Shown: one piece after another, positions 22,821 through 35,315 of the stretch
Layout of the letters: each line of letters starts with the position of its first letter
Numbering within the stretch: position 1 is the first letter of the stretch
Assembly: GCF_004010195.1 (NCBI RefSeq)
Contig: NW_025214981.1
Location: forward strand, 6,938-57,183
Source: Chiloscyllium plagiosum
Taxonomy: Eukaryota
Length of the DNA stretch: 50,246 nt
Direction: 5' to 3'
Notes under the pieces: generated by a model
Told to the model about the DNA's origin: nothing
Databases searched by the model: none
The model's input: only the letters and a program-made list of their open reading frames with translations
Position numbers and translations under genes: made by a program

Positions 22821-24179
22821 CTCTCAATTATTCAAGAAGTTGAATACTTCAAGGAGGAAAAGGAGAATATATGCAGAGAATGCACTTGAAATGATGATTG
22901 AGGTATATCAAACTCACATTATTTCATGACCTTTTCCTCTGGGTTCTTCAATGAACAAACTTGTTTTATTATCTGAATAACTATGTATCATCTGATTTGT
23001 TTCGCACAAAATATTTCGTTAGTATCTAGTGAACTATGAAGAAGTCTTCATGTTTAAAATTTAGGCAGCGTGATTGTTAAGCAAGAAAAGGTTGGCGTTT
23101 TACTCCCACTGAATCATTGCTCTATAAAAGGTAACAAGCATTTTATCTGTTCTGGGCACTAAATATATGGAAGTCAATTCTGAAGGAAAAAGTCCTCGCT
23201 GGTAATGTTCCCACATATGTGGAGTAATTGCTTCTGGTCACTCTTCAGGCTACAGAAACTCGGAAAGAAATGTGTTGGCCAAAGTTAGCAACATCATTTG
23301 GATGGACTATGCTCAATGGGGAAACTTGCAGGATCTGTAGAAGGAACACGTGTTTCAGAGTGTATGCAATAAACCTGAACATTGTTATTGTTTTCACAGG
23401 GCTTGGGACCCGACTGGAGCAGCAATGAAGCTCATATTGTTTTTTAAATTTCCGAGCTTGCCAAATTATTGTTGGTAAATGCAGGTGACTTTATCAATGC
23501 ACATTTCACACTCCCCAGCCAGGAATTTGATCCCAATTCAGTCAGTCCATCCGTTCCTGTGGATAACAGGTATTTCAAATGTGAGCACTCCATTTAACTA
23601 TTTGAATTGAATACTTCAGTGGTTACGTCCTCTTGGATTCTTAATTTCAAATTACTCTGTGATTTTTTTTGTCCCCCCTGAATTTGCCAAGCACTTGGCA
23701 GTTCTGGAATATTCCAAATATTTACAATAGATGCATTTACACTACTGATGGCAACCTGGCAGATTTGAATACCATTCAGGTAGTCAGCAACAATACATAA
23801 GTAACTTTATGAATTGCTTACTGTACACCAACAACGTAAGCCAAGTATTAGTGAAACCACAGATTGTTTCCCATGGATTCCCAAATCTAAACAGTGCATT
23901 CCAGATACGCTCACTATCACCATCTGGGAGCAGTCTCCCAAAGTGATCCCAGAATTTAGAAAGCGCATAAACAGCCCTCCAAAGCGAAATCTGCTGTCAT
24001 AGGTTTCACTCTTATTGCATACAATGACATTTATTGCCCAGTTCTTTAATGTGACAAATGATTTTACAAACAATTTTTGAAATACTTTAACCACTGAAGA
24101 AATGTGATGTCAGCCCTTTGTAGAAGTGAATGGAAAGTGTGATGTTTGCTTGACCTTTGGCTCTCTGTATCAGACTGAA

Positions 24180-24812
24180 CACCTTGTCTATTTACGCTAT
24201 CCATGCCCCTCACGATTTTATTAACGTCTTCAACATCACACCTCAGCCTATGACACTTCAGGGAAAATGGCCCCAGCCTATTATGCCTCTCCCTGCAACT
24301 CATATCCTCCAACCCTGGCAACATCCTTAAAAAATAATTTCTAAAACCTTCCATGTTTCAGTGCCTCTTTCGGATAAGAGGGAGACCAGAATTGCACACA
24401 ATATTCCAAAAGTGGCCTAACCAATGTCCTGTATAGCTCCTTTACTCAATGCTCTGACCAGCGAAGGAAAGAATCCCAAACAATGTCTTCACTATCCTAT
24501 CTACCTGTGACTCTACTTTCAAGGAACTATGAACATGCACTCCAACGTCTCTTTGTTCAGCAAGATTCTCCAAGACCTTACAAATCAGTGTGAGTCCTGC
24601 TCTGATTTGCTTTTCTAAAATGCAGCACCTCACATTTATCTAAATTAAACCTTATCTGCCACTCCGCAGCCCATTGGCCCATCGGATCAATATCTCATTT
24701 TATTCTGAGACAACCTTTATCACTGTCCACAACACCTCCAATTTTGGTGTCATCTGCAAACTTACGAACCCGACCGGCTCTATTCACATCCAAATCATTT
24801 AAATGGATGAAG
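24180..24812 (-). mobile_element. CR1 LINE RT fragment
   Basis: NDLDVNRAGRVRKFADDTKIGGVVDS, RDVGVHVHSSLKVESQVDR, RMLPGLEDMSCRER. Confidence 0.88.
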
Positions 24813-24829
24813 AAACAAATCCAGAAAAA

Positions 24830-25345
24830 AAACACGTCCATTTCTCTGGGTTTGAATGTGCTCTGGGTAAATCCTGCCCTATGACTATCTACCAGTGAGG
24901 GCTGCACATACACACCTCTGAACTTTACCCCAGACAAAGCTGGCGGCCGCGCACGTGTCCAGTGAATCTTTGCCCCGAATAAAGATGGCGGCAATCACAC
25001 GATGAGGTAATTTTCCCGTTTTCTGCAAAAATGGGACTGTAAGTTTCAAATTTGTATCTTCCGATGTGCACCAAATGTTTGCAAAATCTCTCAGCCCATA
25101 CCAACACCATTTCCCTCCCACTTCCTGCTGTTTATTTCTTTTCATACCAACAGCTCTCCGTCCACACGTCCCGCACATCCACGCCCACCGTGAGGATGAT
25201 CACGTGGTATTGTCTAGTCACGTCCCTCTGATTGGTCGGAGGACCAAATGCCCCGCCAGGTCATCCAGCTCTGCCCCTGCCTTTCCATTGGTCTTCCACT
25301 GACATCAACCACCAGCGGCCCATTGTTGCCTGGACCATGCGCACT
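24830..25345 (-). promoter_or_regulatory. Promoter-like cassette C, paralog of B
   Basis: AAGCTGGCGGC at 24937 and AAGATGGCGGC at 24982 (45-bp spacing, as in B), CACGTG at 24952 and 25201, ATTGG at 25231 and 25287, CATGCGCA at 25336. Confidence 0.65.
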
Positions 25346-25387
25346 ACTTCGTGGCTTTTGTTGCTGTTTATCAGTTACAAGAGTGAG

Positions 25388-25520
25388 ACACAAAGTTAAA
25401 AATCACACAACCATCTGATGAAGAAGCTGCAAAGTGAGTGCTTCCAAATAAGCCTGTTGGACTATAACCTGGTATTCTGTGAATTTTAATTTTGTCCATC
25501 CTAATCCAACACCAGCACCT
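25388..25520 (+). mobile_element. Mini-element probably derived from a further PLE terminal-repeat family, with short inverted 5' arm and decayed hammerhead start
   Basis: acaaagttaaaaatcaca (25390-25407) is approximately the reverse complement of tgtgaattttaattttgt (25478-25495); CTGATGAAG at 25415. Confidence 0.6.
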
Positions 25521-25544
25521 GCGGGAGTGCGGGAGGAATGCAAA

Positions 25545-28030
25545 ATATAACAACAAAAGAACTAGGAACAGGGGAAGGCCGTCCTGCCCTTTCAGTTTGC
25601 TCTGCCATTCATTAAGATCATGGCTGATCATTTTGTGGAAGCAGAACCATTTACCAATGTTCTCACCATATCCCTTAATTAATTAATTATTTCTTTTTTA
25701 AAAAGTTACCTTAGCTTTAAAAACGTTTACTGAACTAGCAGCAACTAATTCCCTGGGCAATGAATTCTATAGAGGTCAAGAATTTCCTTCTCAATTCAGT
25801 CCTAAATTTGCTGCCTGTAATCTTGAGGTGATGCCCTCTTGTCCTGGCTTCATCTGCCAGTGGAAACATTCTCTCTACTTCTATTTTATCCATTCCATTC
25901 ATTATTTTATATGTTGCCCATTCTTCTGAATTCCAATCAATATAATCCCAATCTACCCAGTCTCTGTATAGCCAACCCCCTCAACTCCAGAATCAATCTA
26001 GTTAACCTCCTCAAGTGCCGGTACATCCTTGAGCAAGTAAGGAGACAGAAACTGCATGCTGTACTCCAGGTGTGGCCTCACCAGCACCCAATACAGCTGA
26101 AACATAACCTCTGCTTTTAAACACAATCCTTTCAGCGTGAAGGCCAAAATTCCATTTACTTTCTGAATTGATTGTTGTACCTGGTAACCAACCTTCATGC
26201 AGAAGGATACTCAGGTGCCCCTGCATAGCAAATGATGAAACTTTTTAAAATTCATGTAATAATCTCTTTTTTAATGTTACTCCAACCAAACAGTATGACT
26301 TTACATTTATGAACATTCTATTCCAAATGCCAGACCATTGCCCACTCACTCAATGTATTTATGTTCCTCTGCAAAGTTTCACAGTTCTCCGCACACTTTG
26401 TTCTGCTACTCATCTTAGTGTCATATGCAAACTTTGACACCCTACATGTGGTCGCCAACTCCAAATCATCTGTATCAATTCTAAATAATCGCAGTCCCAA
26501 CACTGATCCCTGAGGCACACTATTAGTCACTGATTGCCAGCCAGAGTAGTACTCATTTATCCCCACACTTTGCTTCCTATTAGTCAACCAATCTTTTATC
26601 CATGCTAATACTCTACTCCTAACGCCATGCACCTTTATATTATGCAACAGCCTCTTGAACAGCACCTTGTTAAAGGCCTTTTGGAAATCCAGGAACACCA
26701 CATTCACTGGGTCGACGTTGTCCACCTTGCTCGAAATGTATTCATAGAATTCCAAAACATTTGTGAAGCATGACCTGCCCTACATGAACCCATGCTCTGT
26801 CTGTCCAATGGGACATTTTCAATCGCGATTCCCTGCTATTTCTTCCTTGATAATCGGCCCAAGGATCTTTCCCCCTACAGGGAATAAGCTAACTTGTGTA
26901 TAATTTCCACCTTTTGTCCACCTTCTTTTTTTAAAAAAGTGGCATCACTTTTATTGCTTTCCAATCTGCTTGGACTGCCACAGAGTCCAGTGAATTTTGG
27001 AAAATTACTGCCAGTGCATTTGCTACTTCTCCTGGCATCTCCTTTAGTACCCTGGGATGCATTCCATCAGGGTCAGAAGATTTTTCAGTTATTAGTTCAA
27101 TTACCTCCAACAGTCCAACACTAGCTGTTCCCTAATAATGATAGGTGAGGATTTGGAAACTGTCTTTATCTCTTTGCTAATTATTGGCAAGTTATTAGTG
27201 TCCTCCACTGTGACATCCCATAATGAAATGCTCCTTCTCATTGTCCAAAGGATCAACATTTACTTTAGCCACTCTTTTCTCATTCAGTATAAAATTTTGC
27301 TATCTGTCTTTATAGTCTGTGCTCGTTTATTTTTCTCATGTTCTATCTTACGTTTCTTTATAGCTCTTCTGTGGCTTTCTGTTGACCTTTAAAGTTTTCC
27401 CAGTTATAGTTTCAGGCAGTTTTCGGCTACTTTGCATGCCTTCTCTTTCAATTTGATCGCTTTCCTTAGATACCCATCGCAGAGTATGCCTTTTCTTACA
27501 GTCCTTCCTTTTCACTGAAATATACCATGGCTGAGCACTTTGTAAAGTGTCTTTGAAAATCTTCCACTGCTCATCAACTGTCCCACCATAAAATCTTTGT
27601 TTACAGTCTACTTTATCTCCCTCATTCTGTTGTAGTTCCCTGTGTTGAAGTACAGGACCCAGGTATTAGATTTTATCTTCACACTCTCTATATGTATTCT
27701 AAATTCAACCATACAGTGATCACTTCTTTCAAGAGGAGCCCTAACTCTGAGGTCATTAATTATTCCTGTCTCATTGCACAGGGCCAGATGCTGGATAGAT
27801 TGCTCCTGGTCGGTTACATTTCATACTGTTCAAGAAAACTATCATGGATACACTTAATGAAATGAAGGCTACCTCGACTGAGCTGGTTCGACCAATCTAC
27901 ATGTAAATTAAAATCACCCATGGTAATGGCCGTACCATTTTTACAGGCAATAGTTATTTCTTTGTTTATTGCCCATCCCAATGTGAAGTTATTATTTGGT
28001 GGCCTGCACACTACACCTGTCAGTGACTTT
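25545..28030 (-). mobile_element. CR1 LINE ORF2 (endonuclease to 3' end), decayed
   Basis: GVVCRPPN..ITMGDFNLHVDW, VVFLDFQKAFNKV, SVPQGSVLG, SKFAYDTKM, LYWVLVRPHLEYSMQF; 3' tail near 25550. Confidence 0.9.
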
Positions 28031-28209
28031 CTTGTTAGAACTTTGAATGCATCATTCCTGTTTCTCCTAATGTACAGCAATAACAACAACTACTTGCATT
28101 GTATGGAAACCTCCTAAGGTGTTTTATGAATGATCAAAGAGAATTTATTAAAGAGAATGATTTTAAAATACATCCGAAAAGAGGATAGAGAAGGTTAGGG
28201 AGGGTATTC

Positions 28210-28254
28210 NNNNNNNNNNNNNNNNNNNNNNNNNNNNNNNNNNNNNNNNNNNNN
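28210..28254. other. Assembly gap (45 N)
   Basis: Run of N. Confidence 1.
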
Positions 28255-30530
28255 TGAGGTAGTGTGGGCTGAGGTTAGAAACAGGAGAGGAGAGGTCACA
28301 CTGCTTGGAGTTTTTTTTTAGGCCTCCGCAGAGTTCCAGGGAGGTGGAAGAGAGGATTAGCAAAATTATTCTGGATAGAGTGAAAGTAACAGGGTGGTCA
28401 TTATGGGGGACTTTAACTTGCCCAAAATTGACTGGAAATGCTATAACTCTAATATGTCGGATGAATCAGTTTTTATCCAATGTGTACAGGAGGGTTTCCT
28501 GATACAGTATATTGAAGGCCCGACAAGAGGGGAGGCCACATTGGATCTGGTCCTTGGTAATGAACCAGACTGGGTGTTTGATTTAGTTGTAGGTGAGCAC
28601 TTTGGAGAGAGTGACCATAATTCAGTTAAGTTTAGTTTAGCGATGGAAAGGAATACGTACATGCCACAGGTCAAGAGGTATTGATGGGGGAAGGGCAATT
28701 ATAATGCTATTCGGCAAGAATTAGATGCACAGAATGGGGTAGCAAAATGCAGGGGATGCAGACAATGGAAGTGTGGAGCTGGTTTAAGGAACAGATCATT
28801 TCCTCCTGCCTGACAGGGACATTCCCATCAAGGACACGCAATATCTGGGAACCTTGGTTTACTGCGGAAACTGCATCTCTTGTTACGAAAAATAAGGAGG
28901 CTTACGTGTTGATGAGGCAAGATGGTTCAGATGAGGCGATGGAGAATTACAGATCAGCTAAGAAGGATTTAAAGAGTGAGATAAAAAGAGCAAAGAGAGG
29001 ACACGAGCAGTCTTTAACAAATAGAATAAAAGAGAACCCTAAAGCTTTCTATAGGTATGTGAGGAATAAAAAGATGATTAGGGTAGGAATAGGGCCAATC
29101 ACAGACAGAATGGGAAGATGAGTGTTGACCCTGTGGAGATCGGAAAAATGCTAAATGAACATTTCTCGTCGGTTTTCACTCATGAAAAGGAGAATATTGG
29201 AGAGGAGGAGAATGAGGTATGAGATATTAGACTAGAAAGTATCAAGGTTAGTTCCGAACAGGTGTTATCAATGCTGGAAGGAGTGAAAATAGACAAGTCC
29301 CCTGGGCTGGATGGGATTTATCCGAGGATTTTCGGGGAAGCTAGGGAGAAGGTAGCATAGCCTTTGGCTTGGATATTTGAGTTGTCATTGTCTGCAGATT
29401 TGATACCAGAGCACTGGAAGATTGCAAATGTTGTGCCCTTGTTCAAGAAGGGCAATGGCCCAGGTAATTATAGACCAGTGAACATTACTTCTGCTGTAGG
29501 AAAGGTTTAGGAAAGGATTAAGACATAAGATTTATAATCATCTGGCAAAAATCAATTTGATTTCAGATAGTCAACTTGGTTTTGTCAAGGGCAAGTCATG
29601 TTTCACAAACCTCAATGAGTTTTTTGAGAAGGTCACCAAGCTTGTCGATGATGTAGGGCATTTGACGTGGTACACATGGACAAAAGTAAAGTCTTTGACA
29701 AGGTTCCACATGGTAGGCTGTTGGAGAAAATGCAGAGGCATAGAATTGAGGGCGATTTAACAGTTTGGATTAGAAACTTGCTTTCTGAAAGAAGGCAGCG
29801 AGTGGTGGTTGATGGAAAATATTCAGCCTGGAGTCCAGTTACTAGTCACGTGCCACCAGGATCTGTTTTGGGACCACTGCAGGTATAGGTGAATGGATTA
29901 GGAAATTTGCAGACGACACTAAAGTCAGTGTAGTAGTGGACAGTGTGGAAGAATGTTACAGGTTGCAAGGGGACTTGGATAAACTGCAGAATTGGGCTGA
30001 GAGGTGGCAAATAGAGTTCAACGTAACTAAATGTGAGGTGATGCACTTTGAGAAGAATAACAGGAAGGCTGAATACTGGGTCAATGGAAAAATTCTTGGC
30101 AGTGTGGTGTGCAGAGGGATCTTTGAGTCCATGTACATAGATCCCTGAAAGTTGCCACCCAGGTTGATAGTGCTGTTAAGAAGGCAAACGGTGTGTTAGG
30201 TTTCATTTGTGGAGGGATTGAGTTCCGAAGTTGAAATACCATAGAGCAACTATACAAAACGCTGGTGCAGCCACACTTGGAATATTGTGTTCAGTTCTGG
30301 TGCCCATATTTCCGGAAGGATCTGGAAACATTGGAAAAGGTGCAGACGAGATTTACCAGAACGTTGCCTGATCTAGAGAGAAGGCATTGTGAGGAAAGGC
30401 TGAGAGACTTGAAACTCTTCTCATTGGCAAGAATAAGGTTAGAGGGGATTTGATAGAGACATACAAGATGATCAGAGGATTAGAAAGGTAGACAATGGAA
30501 GTATTTTTCCTAGGATGATGACATCAGCGT
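28255..30530 (+). mobile_element. CR1 LINE ORF2 (endonuclease plus RT), decayed, ending at the PLE
   Basis: VIMGDFNLPKIDW, PTRGEATLDLVL, ESDHNSV, IKENPKAFYRY, GKSCFTNL, FDKVPHGRL, PPGSVLGPL, PHLEYCVQFW. Confidence 0.93.
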
Positions 30531-30544
30531 GGGGGGAATGGGGG

Positions 30545-33135
30545 TGGAATCCTGTTCATGACTCCACCTTCATTCCACCCACTCCAGTTACAGGCTCCAC
30601 TCCCACTCCCAGCTCCACACCCACACCAGATCTCAGCTCCCAGCCCTGCCGAGTTTTCACCATCCCTCCAGACCTTCCCCTCACTGAGGACAAAGGGTCA
30701 GTTCTCAGCAAAGGCCTCACCTTCATCCCCCTCCGTCCACATATCAATTAATTTAATACACACCGTGATGTCGAACAATTCTTCCCTCGCCTCCATCTCC
30801 AAGCTTACTTTCACAATCAGGATCCCTGCCCACCTTCCGAGGACCCCTTAGCCCACCTCCAACATACTGCATCCACCTGGACACCCCGCGCTGGCCTATT
30901 ACCAGCCCTCAACCTCTTCATTTCCTACTGCCGCCGGGACATTAACCGCCTCAACCTGTCTACCCCCCTCCCCCCTCCAACCTTTCACCCTCACAACGCG
31001 CAGCCTCCAATCTCTTGCTCCAATCCCAACCTCACCATTTCGCTAGTAGCTAAAGGGGGCGCAGTGGTAATCTGGCGCACTGACCTCTCCACCGCTGAAG
31101 CCAAACGTCAACTGAAAGACACCTCTTCCTACTGCTCCCTCGACCATGACCACACCCCCCATCACCAACCCATCATTTCACAGACCATACAGAACCTCAT
31201 CACCTCAGGAGATCCCCACCCATAGCTTCCAACCTCACAGTCCGGGAACCCCGCACTGCCCGGTCCTACCCCCTTCCCAAGATCCACAAGCCTGACCACC
31301 CTGGCTAACCCATTTTCTCAGCATGCTCCTGCCCCACTGAACTCATCTCTACCTACCACGACACTGTCCTATCCCCCAAGTCCAGGAACTCCCCATATAC
31401 GTTCGAGACACAACCCAAGCCCTCCACCTTCTCCAAGACTTCCATTTCCCCGGCCCCCAACGCCTCATCTTCACCATGGATATCCAAACCCTCTACACTT
31501 CCTCTGTTTTTTCCTCTCCTGACGTCCCCAACAGTACCCTTCCACCAACACTCTCATTCGTTTGACCGAACTGGACCTCACCCTTAACAATTTCTCCTTC
31601 GATACCTCCCACTTCCTCCAGACAAAAGGGGTAGCCATGGGAACACGTATGGGCCCCAGCTATGCCTGTCTCTTTGTTGGCTACGTAGAACAGTCGATCT
31701 TCCATAATTACACTGGCACCACGCCCCACCTCTTCCTCCGCTACAGTGATGACTGCATTGGTACCACCTCGTGCTCCCGCGAGGAGGTTGAGCAATTCAT
31801 CAACTTCGCCAATACATTCCACCCTGACCTTAAATTTACCTGGACCATCGCTGAAACCGCCCTCCCCTTTCTTGACTTCTACATCTCCATTAATGACGAC
31901 TGACTTGACACTGACATTTTTTACAAACCCACCGACTCCCACAGCTACCTGGATTACACCTCTTCCTACCGAACCTCTTGCAAAAATGCCATCCCGTATT
32001 CCCAATTCCTCCGCCTCCACTGTATCTGCTCCCAGGGGGATCAGTTCCACCACAGAATACACCAGGTGGCCTCCTTCTTTAGAGACCGCAATTTCCCTTC
32101 CCACATGGTTAAAGATGCCCTGCAACGCATCGCATCCACATCCCACACCTCCACACTCAGACCCCACCCCTCCAACCGCAACAAGGACAGAGCACCCCTG
32201 GTGCTCACCTTCCACCCTACCAACCTTCGCATAAACCAAATCATCCGCCGACATTTACGCCAACACCAAACAGACCCCACCACCAGGGATATATTTCCCT
32301 CCCCACCCCTTTCTGCCTTCCGCAAAGACCGTTCCGTCCGTGACTACCTGGCCAGGTCCACTCCCCCCACAACCCACCCTCCCAACCTGGCACCTTCCCC
32401 TGCCACCGCAGGAATTGCAAAACCTGCACCCACACCTCCTCCCTCACCTCTATCCAAGGCCCGAAAGGAGCCTTCCACATTCATCAAAGTTTTACCTGCA
32501 CATCCACTAATATCATTTATTGTATCTGTTGCTCCCGATGCGGTCCCCTCTATGTTGGGGAGACTGAACACCTCCTAGCAGAGGCTTTAGGGAACATCTC
32601 CGGGACACCCGCACCAATCAACCCCACCGCCCTGTGGCCCAACACTTCAACTCTCCCTCCCACTCTGCTGAGGACATGGAGGTCCTGGGCCTCCTTCACC
32701 GCCGCTCCCTCACCACCAGATGCCTGGAGGAAGAACGCCTCATCTTCTGCCTCGCAACACCTCAACCCCAGGGTATCAATGTGGACTTCAACAGTTTCCA
32801 CATTTCCCCTTTCCCCACCTCATCCCAGTTCCAAACTTCCAGCTCAGCACTGTCCCGTGATTTGTCCTGACTTGTCCTACCTGCCTATCATCTTTTCCAC
32901 CTATCCACTCCATCATCCGACCGCCCCCGACGTATCACCTTCATCCCCTCCCCCACTCACCCTATTGTACTCTATGCTACTTTCTCCCCACCCCCACCCT
33001 CATCTCGCTTATCTTTCCACGCTTCAGGCTCTCTGCCTTTATTCCATATGAAGGGCTTTTGCCCGAAACGTCGATTTTACTGCTCCTAGGATGCTGCCTG
33101 AACTGCTGTGCTCTTCCAGCACCACTAATCCAGAA
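30545..33135 (+). mobile_element. Near full-length Neptune-type Penelope-like element (RT, Cys linker, GIY-YIG, terminal repeat), inactivated
   Basis: SVLSKGLTFIP, LPKIHKPDHPG, FTMDIQTLYTS, HFLQTKGVAMGTRMGPSYACLF, FLRYSDD, LPFLD, PCHRRNCKTCTH, IIYCICCSRCGPLYVGET and EEERLIF..GINVDFNSF; several stops and frameshifts. Confidence 0.93.
33045..33073 (+). ncRNA. Minimal hammerhead motif in PLE terminal repeat (first box reads CATATGA)
   Basis: CATATGA-A-GGGC-TTTT-GCCC-GAAAC-GTC; helix II and GAAAC intact, CUGA mutated. Confidence 0.65.
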
Positions 33136-33775
33136 TCTGTACCCCACCACATCACTTTGCCCCACAATCGTGATATCTGGCTGTGCACAAGGAGGAGTGG
33201 ATGTCCTGGGGCCCTGACACACATGGTAAAGACTAAAATTACCAGAGCATTGAGAGTCCCACCACATTGTTTGCATGTTCTATTGTTTTTACTCTGTTCC
33301 TGCCTTCCCTTGTTTTTTCTTAATAAAGTTGTTATTATACACACCTGCACAAGCTGTGAAATGAACTCAGGCATCTCGATCCAAGATTCGGGATATTTTC
33401 ACCACATCACAAAGCATCGACTCTAACTTCCCTTGTCCCTTAGCCTGCTGAGTCGCACCTGAATCAACTCCGCAATTGGGAGGAAGGGGCGGAATAGGAG
33501 GACCGAGCAGCGGCCGGTCGTCTAACCAGAATGAGTGAGAAGCGGGGCCAAAGCATTCTCGGGGAGTGAACGCTTCAGGATTGGTCAGAAAGCAAACTAT
33601 TTTGTAGGATTAATCATTCTCACTACATAGTGGCGCATTAAACCTCTCCCATGAATCAATGTGAGATTTCTAAGAAATAGTTGAGATGTAAATCTGATAA
33701 CGTACATTAGGGAGATTTAAACAATCCTTAGATAAACACATGGGTGATTTTGCATTGCTGTCGGGGACGAGCTGA

Positions 33776-33814
33776 GAATAATTCACAGGTCGGCGTGAAT
33801 AATTCACAGGTCGG
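33776..33814. repeat. 18-bp direct repeat
   Basis: gaataattcacaggtcgg at 33776-33793 and 33797-33814. Confidence 0.9.
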
Positions 33815-34019
33815 TTTACACAACTCGAGTAATAAACTTATTTTCAAACTCTCAGAACAATTGGTAATTTACATACCTGGCTGGTATGGTTAAATTGGAC
33901 CGAACAATGTATTTACACACTAACCATCTCAAGGACTGTAACTCGACAGAGCAATTGTTAATGACTAATATTTCACCCATGATCCTTTGCAGATATAAAT
34001 CTTCTCTGTAAACTCACCG

Positions 34020-34400
34020 ATACTCTCAGACGCACGCGCAGTTTGGTTTCTATGTGAAGCATGCGCAGTGTCACATTGATCATGGCACAGAGAGAGAGAG
34101 ACGTGGAGTTCCTTTCTCCGGCAGCGGCTGCGATCGGCTTCAGAGAGCGGCGCTCAGAGCCGGTGTGTGGGAGCCGCGCTGGGAGAAAGGAGCGGAGAGA
34201 ATTCACAAGTCCTGGATACACGTTAAAAATAACTCGAAAAAGATCCTTCAGGCTTGGGGAAGGAAGCGGCGGTCGCTGATCAGGGAAGTGGCCCAGGGTC
34301 TCGGCCGCCATTTGTTTGAGGGAAGAGGGAGCGCGGGCCTGAGGGCCGCCATCTTGAGAAGGTCAAGGCGCAGGAGGGCGGGCTCTCGGGGTCTGTAGAA
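34020..34400 (+). promoter_or_regulatory. CpG-rich promoter-like cassette D, opposite orientation to B and C
   Basis: CGCACGCGCA at 34031, GCATGCGCA at 34059, GGAAGTG at 34284, GCCGCCATTT at 34304 and GCCGCCATCTT at 34345; CpG-dense. Confidence 0.65.
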
Positions 34401-34719
34401 CAATCCGAGGAAAGGGAAGACCCATTGTTATTGATTAATTCCATGAACACAGCTTCACTGGGCGGTCCCGCAGGAATGTCCTCTCTCAGTCCTGCTGGGA
34501 TGTTTCACCCAGTCAGAACCAGCAGCTCTCCTCCTCTCTCAGCTCCCCTTCTGTCCTTCCTACAGCATCTGTCCCCTGGAACATTGAGTTGCCTGTCCTA
34601 TCCCTCTTCAGCTGGTGTTCTGTAATACCTGTGATATCCCAGTCCCACCTTCACTAAAGAAAGGAATGCACCCGGTGGATTTTTCTTAACATCAGCAATT
34701 GTTTAATACTCACTTACAG

Positions 34720-34855
34720 GTTTTTAATTACATCGTTTTTGAAGCATTTACTTTACATTCAATCATTTGCAATGGTGGGATTTGGACCTGTGTCCAGAGA
34801 ACACTTGCTGAGTTTCTGGATAAATTCTCACACAATAATGCCACTAGGCCATCAC
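34720..34855 (-). mobile_element. Old tRNA-derived SINE head (DeuSINE/SacSINE1-like), tentative
   Basis: Minus strand reads gtgatggcctagtggcattatt..atccagaaactcag..ctctggacacaggtccaaatcccacca, with A-box-like and B-box-like segments. Confidence 0.45.
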
Positions 34856-35199
34856 TTCGCCTGCTCACAGTTTGTATATCCCAGTGCAACATGAATCAAA
34901 ACTCTTTCTTCCTGCCCAATTGTTTGACCCGGCACTCTGGTGATGTGACTCAGTACCTCTCCATGTGGTATCCCTCATTGTGTGGGCCTAATTGCTGCCT
35001 CTTTCAGCGTCTCTCACTCTTGAAGCGACTCCAGATCATGAGCCAACAGAATTCTCCACTCCAGAGAGATGAGGCAGCACAGTTCAGGAATGTAGACTGG
35101 GATTTTCCAGATCACCGTGGGCTCTGTGCCATTCTATATGTTTAACCCTCAAAGCATTAATCTAATTTCCCATTCTGCCTATTTCTGTGTCTTCTACAG

Positions 35200-35315
35200 G
35201 TACTCATGGAGTTCCTGACGCAATAGACTTGCCAACTGCTGTTTGGGACGATGGTTGGTCAGCCAGAAAGACAACGTCAGGGAGGTCGGGAGTCTTCAAT
35301 AAATCCTGCTGCCAG
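35200..35315 (+). other. Candidate internal exon (116 bp, probably 5'UTR or non-coding)
   Basis: Branch-like tctaat at 35161, pyrimidine tract tttctgtgtcttctacag, and donor cag|gtaaga at 35316; about 800 bp downstream of cassette D. Confidence 0.5.

Noticed and set aside
22891..22976. Possible C/D box snoRNA (ATGATGA..CTGA, ~86 nt)
   Set aside because: The terminal stem is weak, there are no clear internal C'/D' boxes, and I recognise no rRNA or snRNA complementarity. Such boxes are common by chance in AT-rich DNA.
23809..24094. Short ORFs in unique sequence
   Set aside because: No recognisable homology, and no supporting start context or splice structure.
172..30453. RT and endonuclease ORFs as functional genes
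   Set aside because: All are fragments of CR1 or other LINEs broken by stops, frameshifts and deletions.
33973..34398. ORFs of 112-114 aa over cassette D
   Set aside because: No recognisable domain; GC-rich promoter-like DNA often gives such ORFs, and the ATG of the minus-strand one is part of the YY1-like motif.
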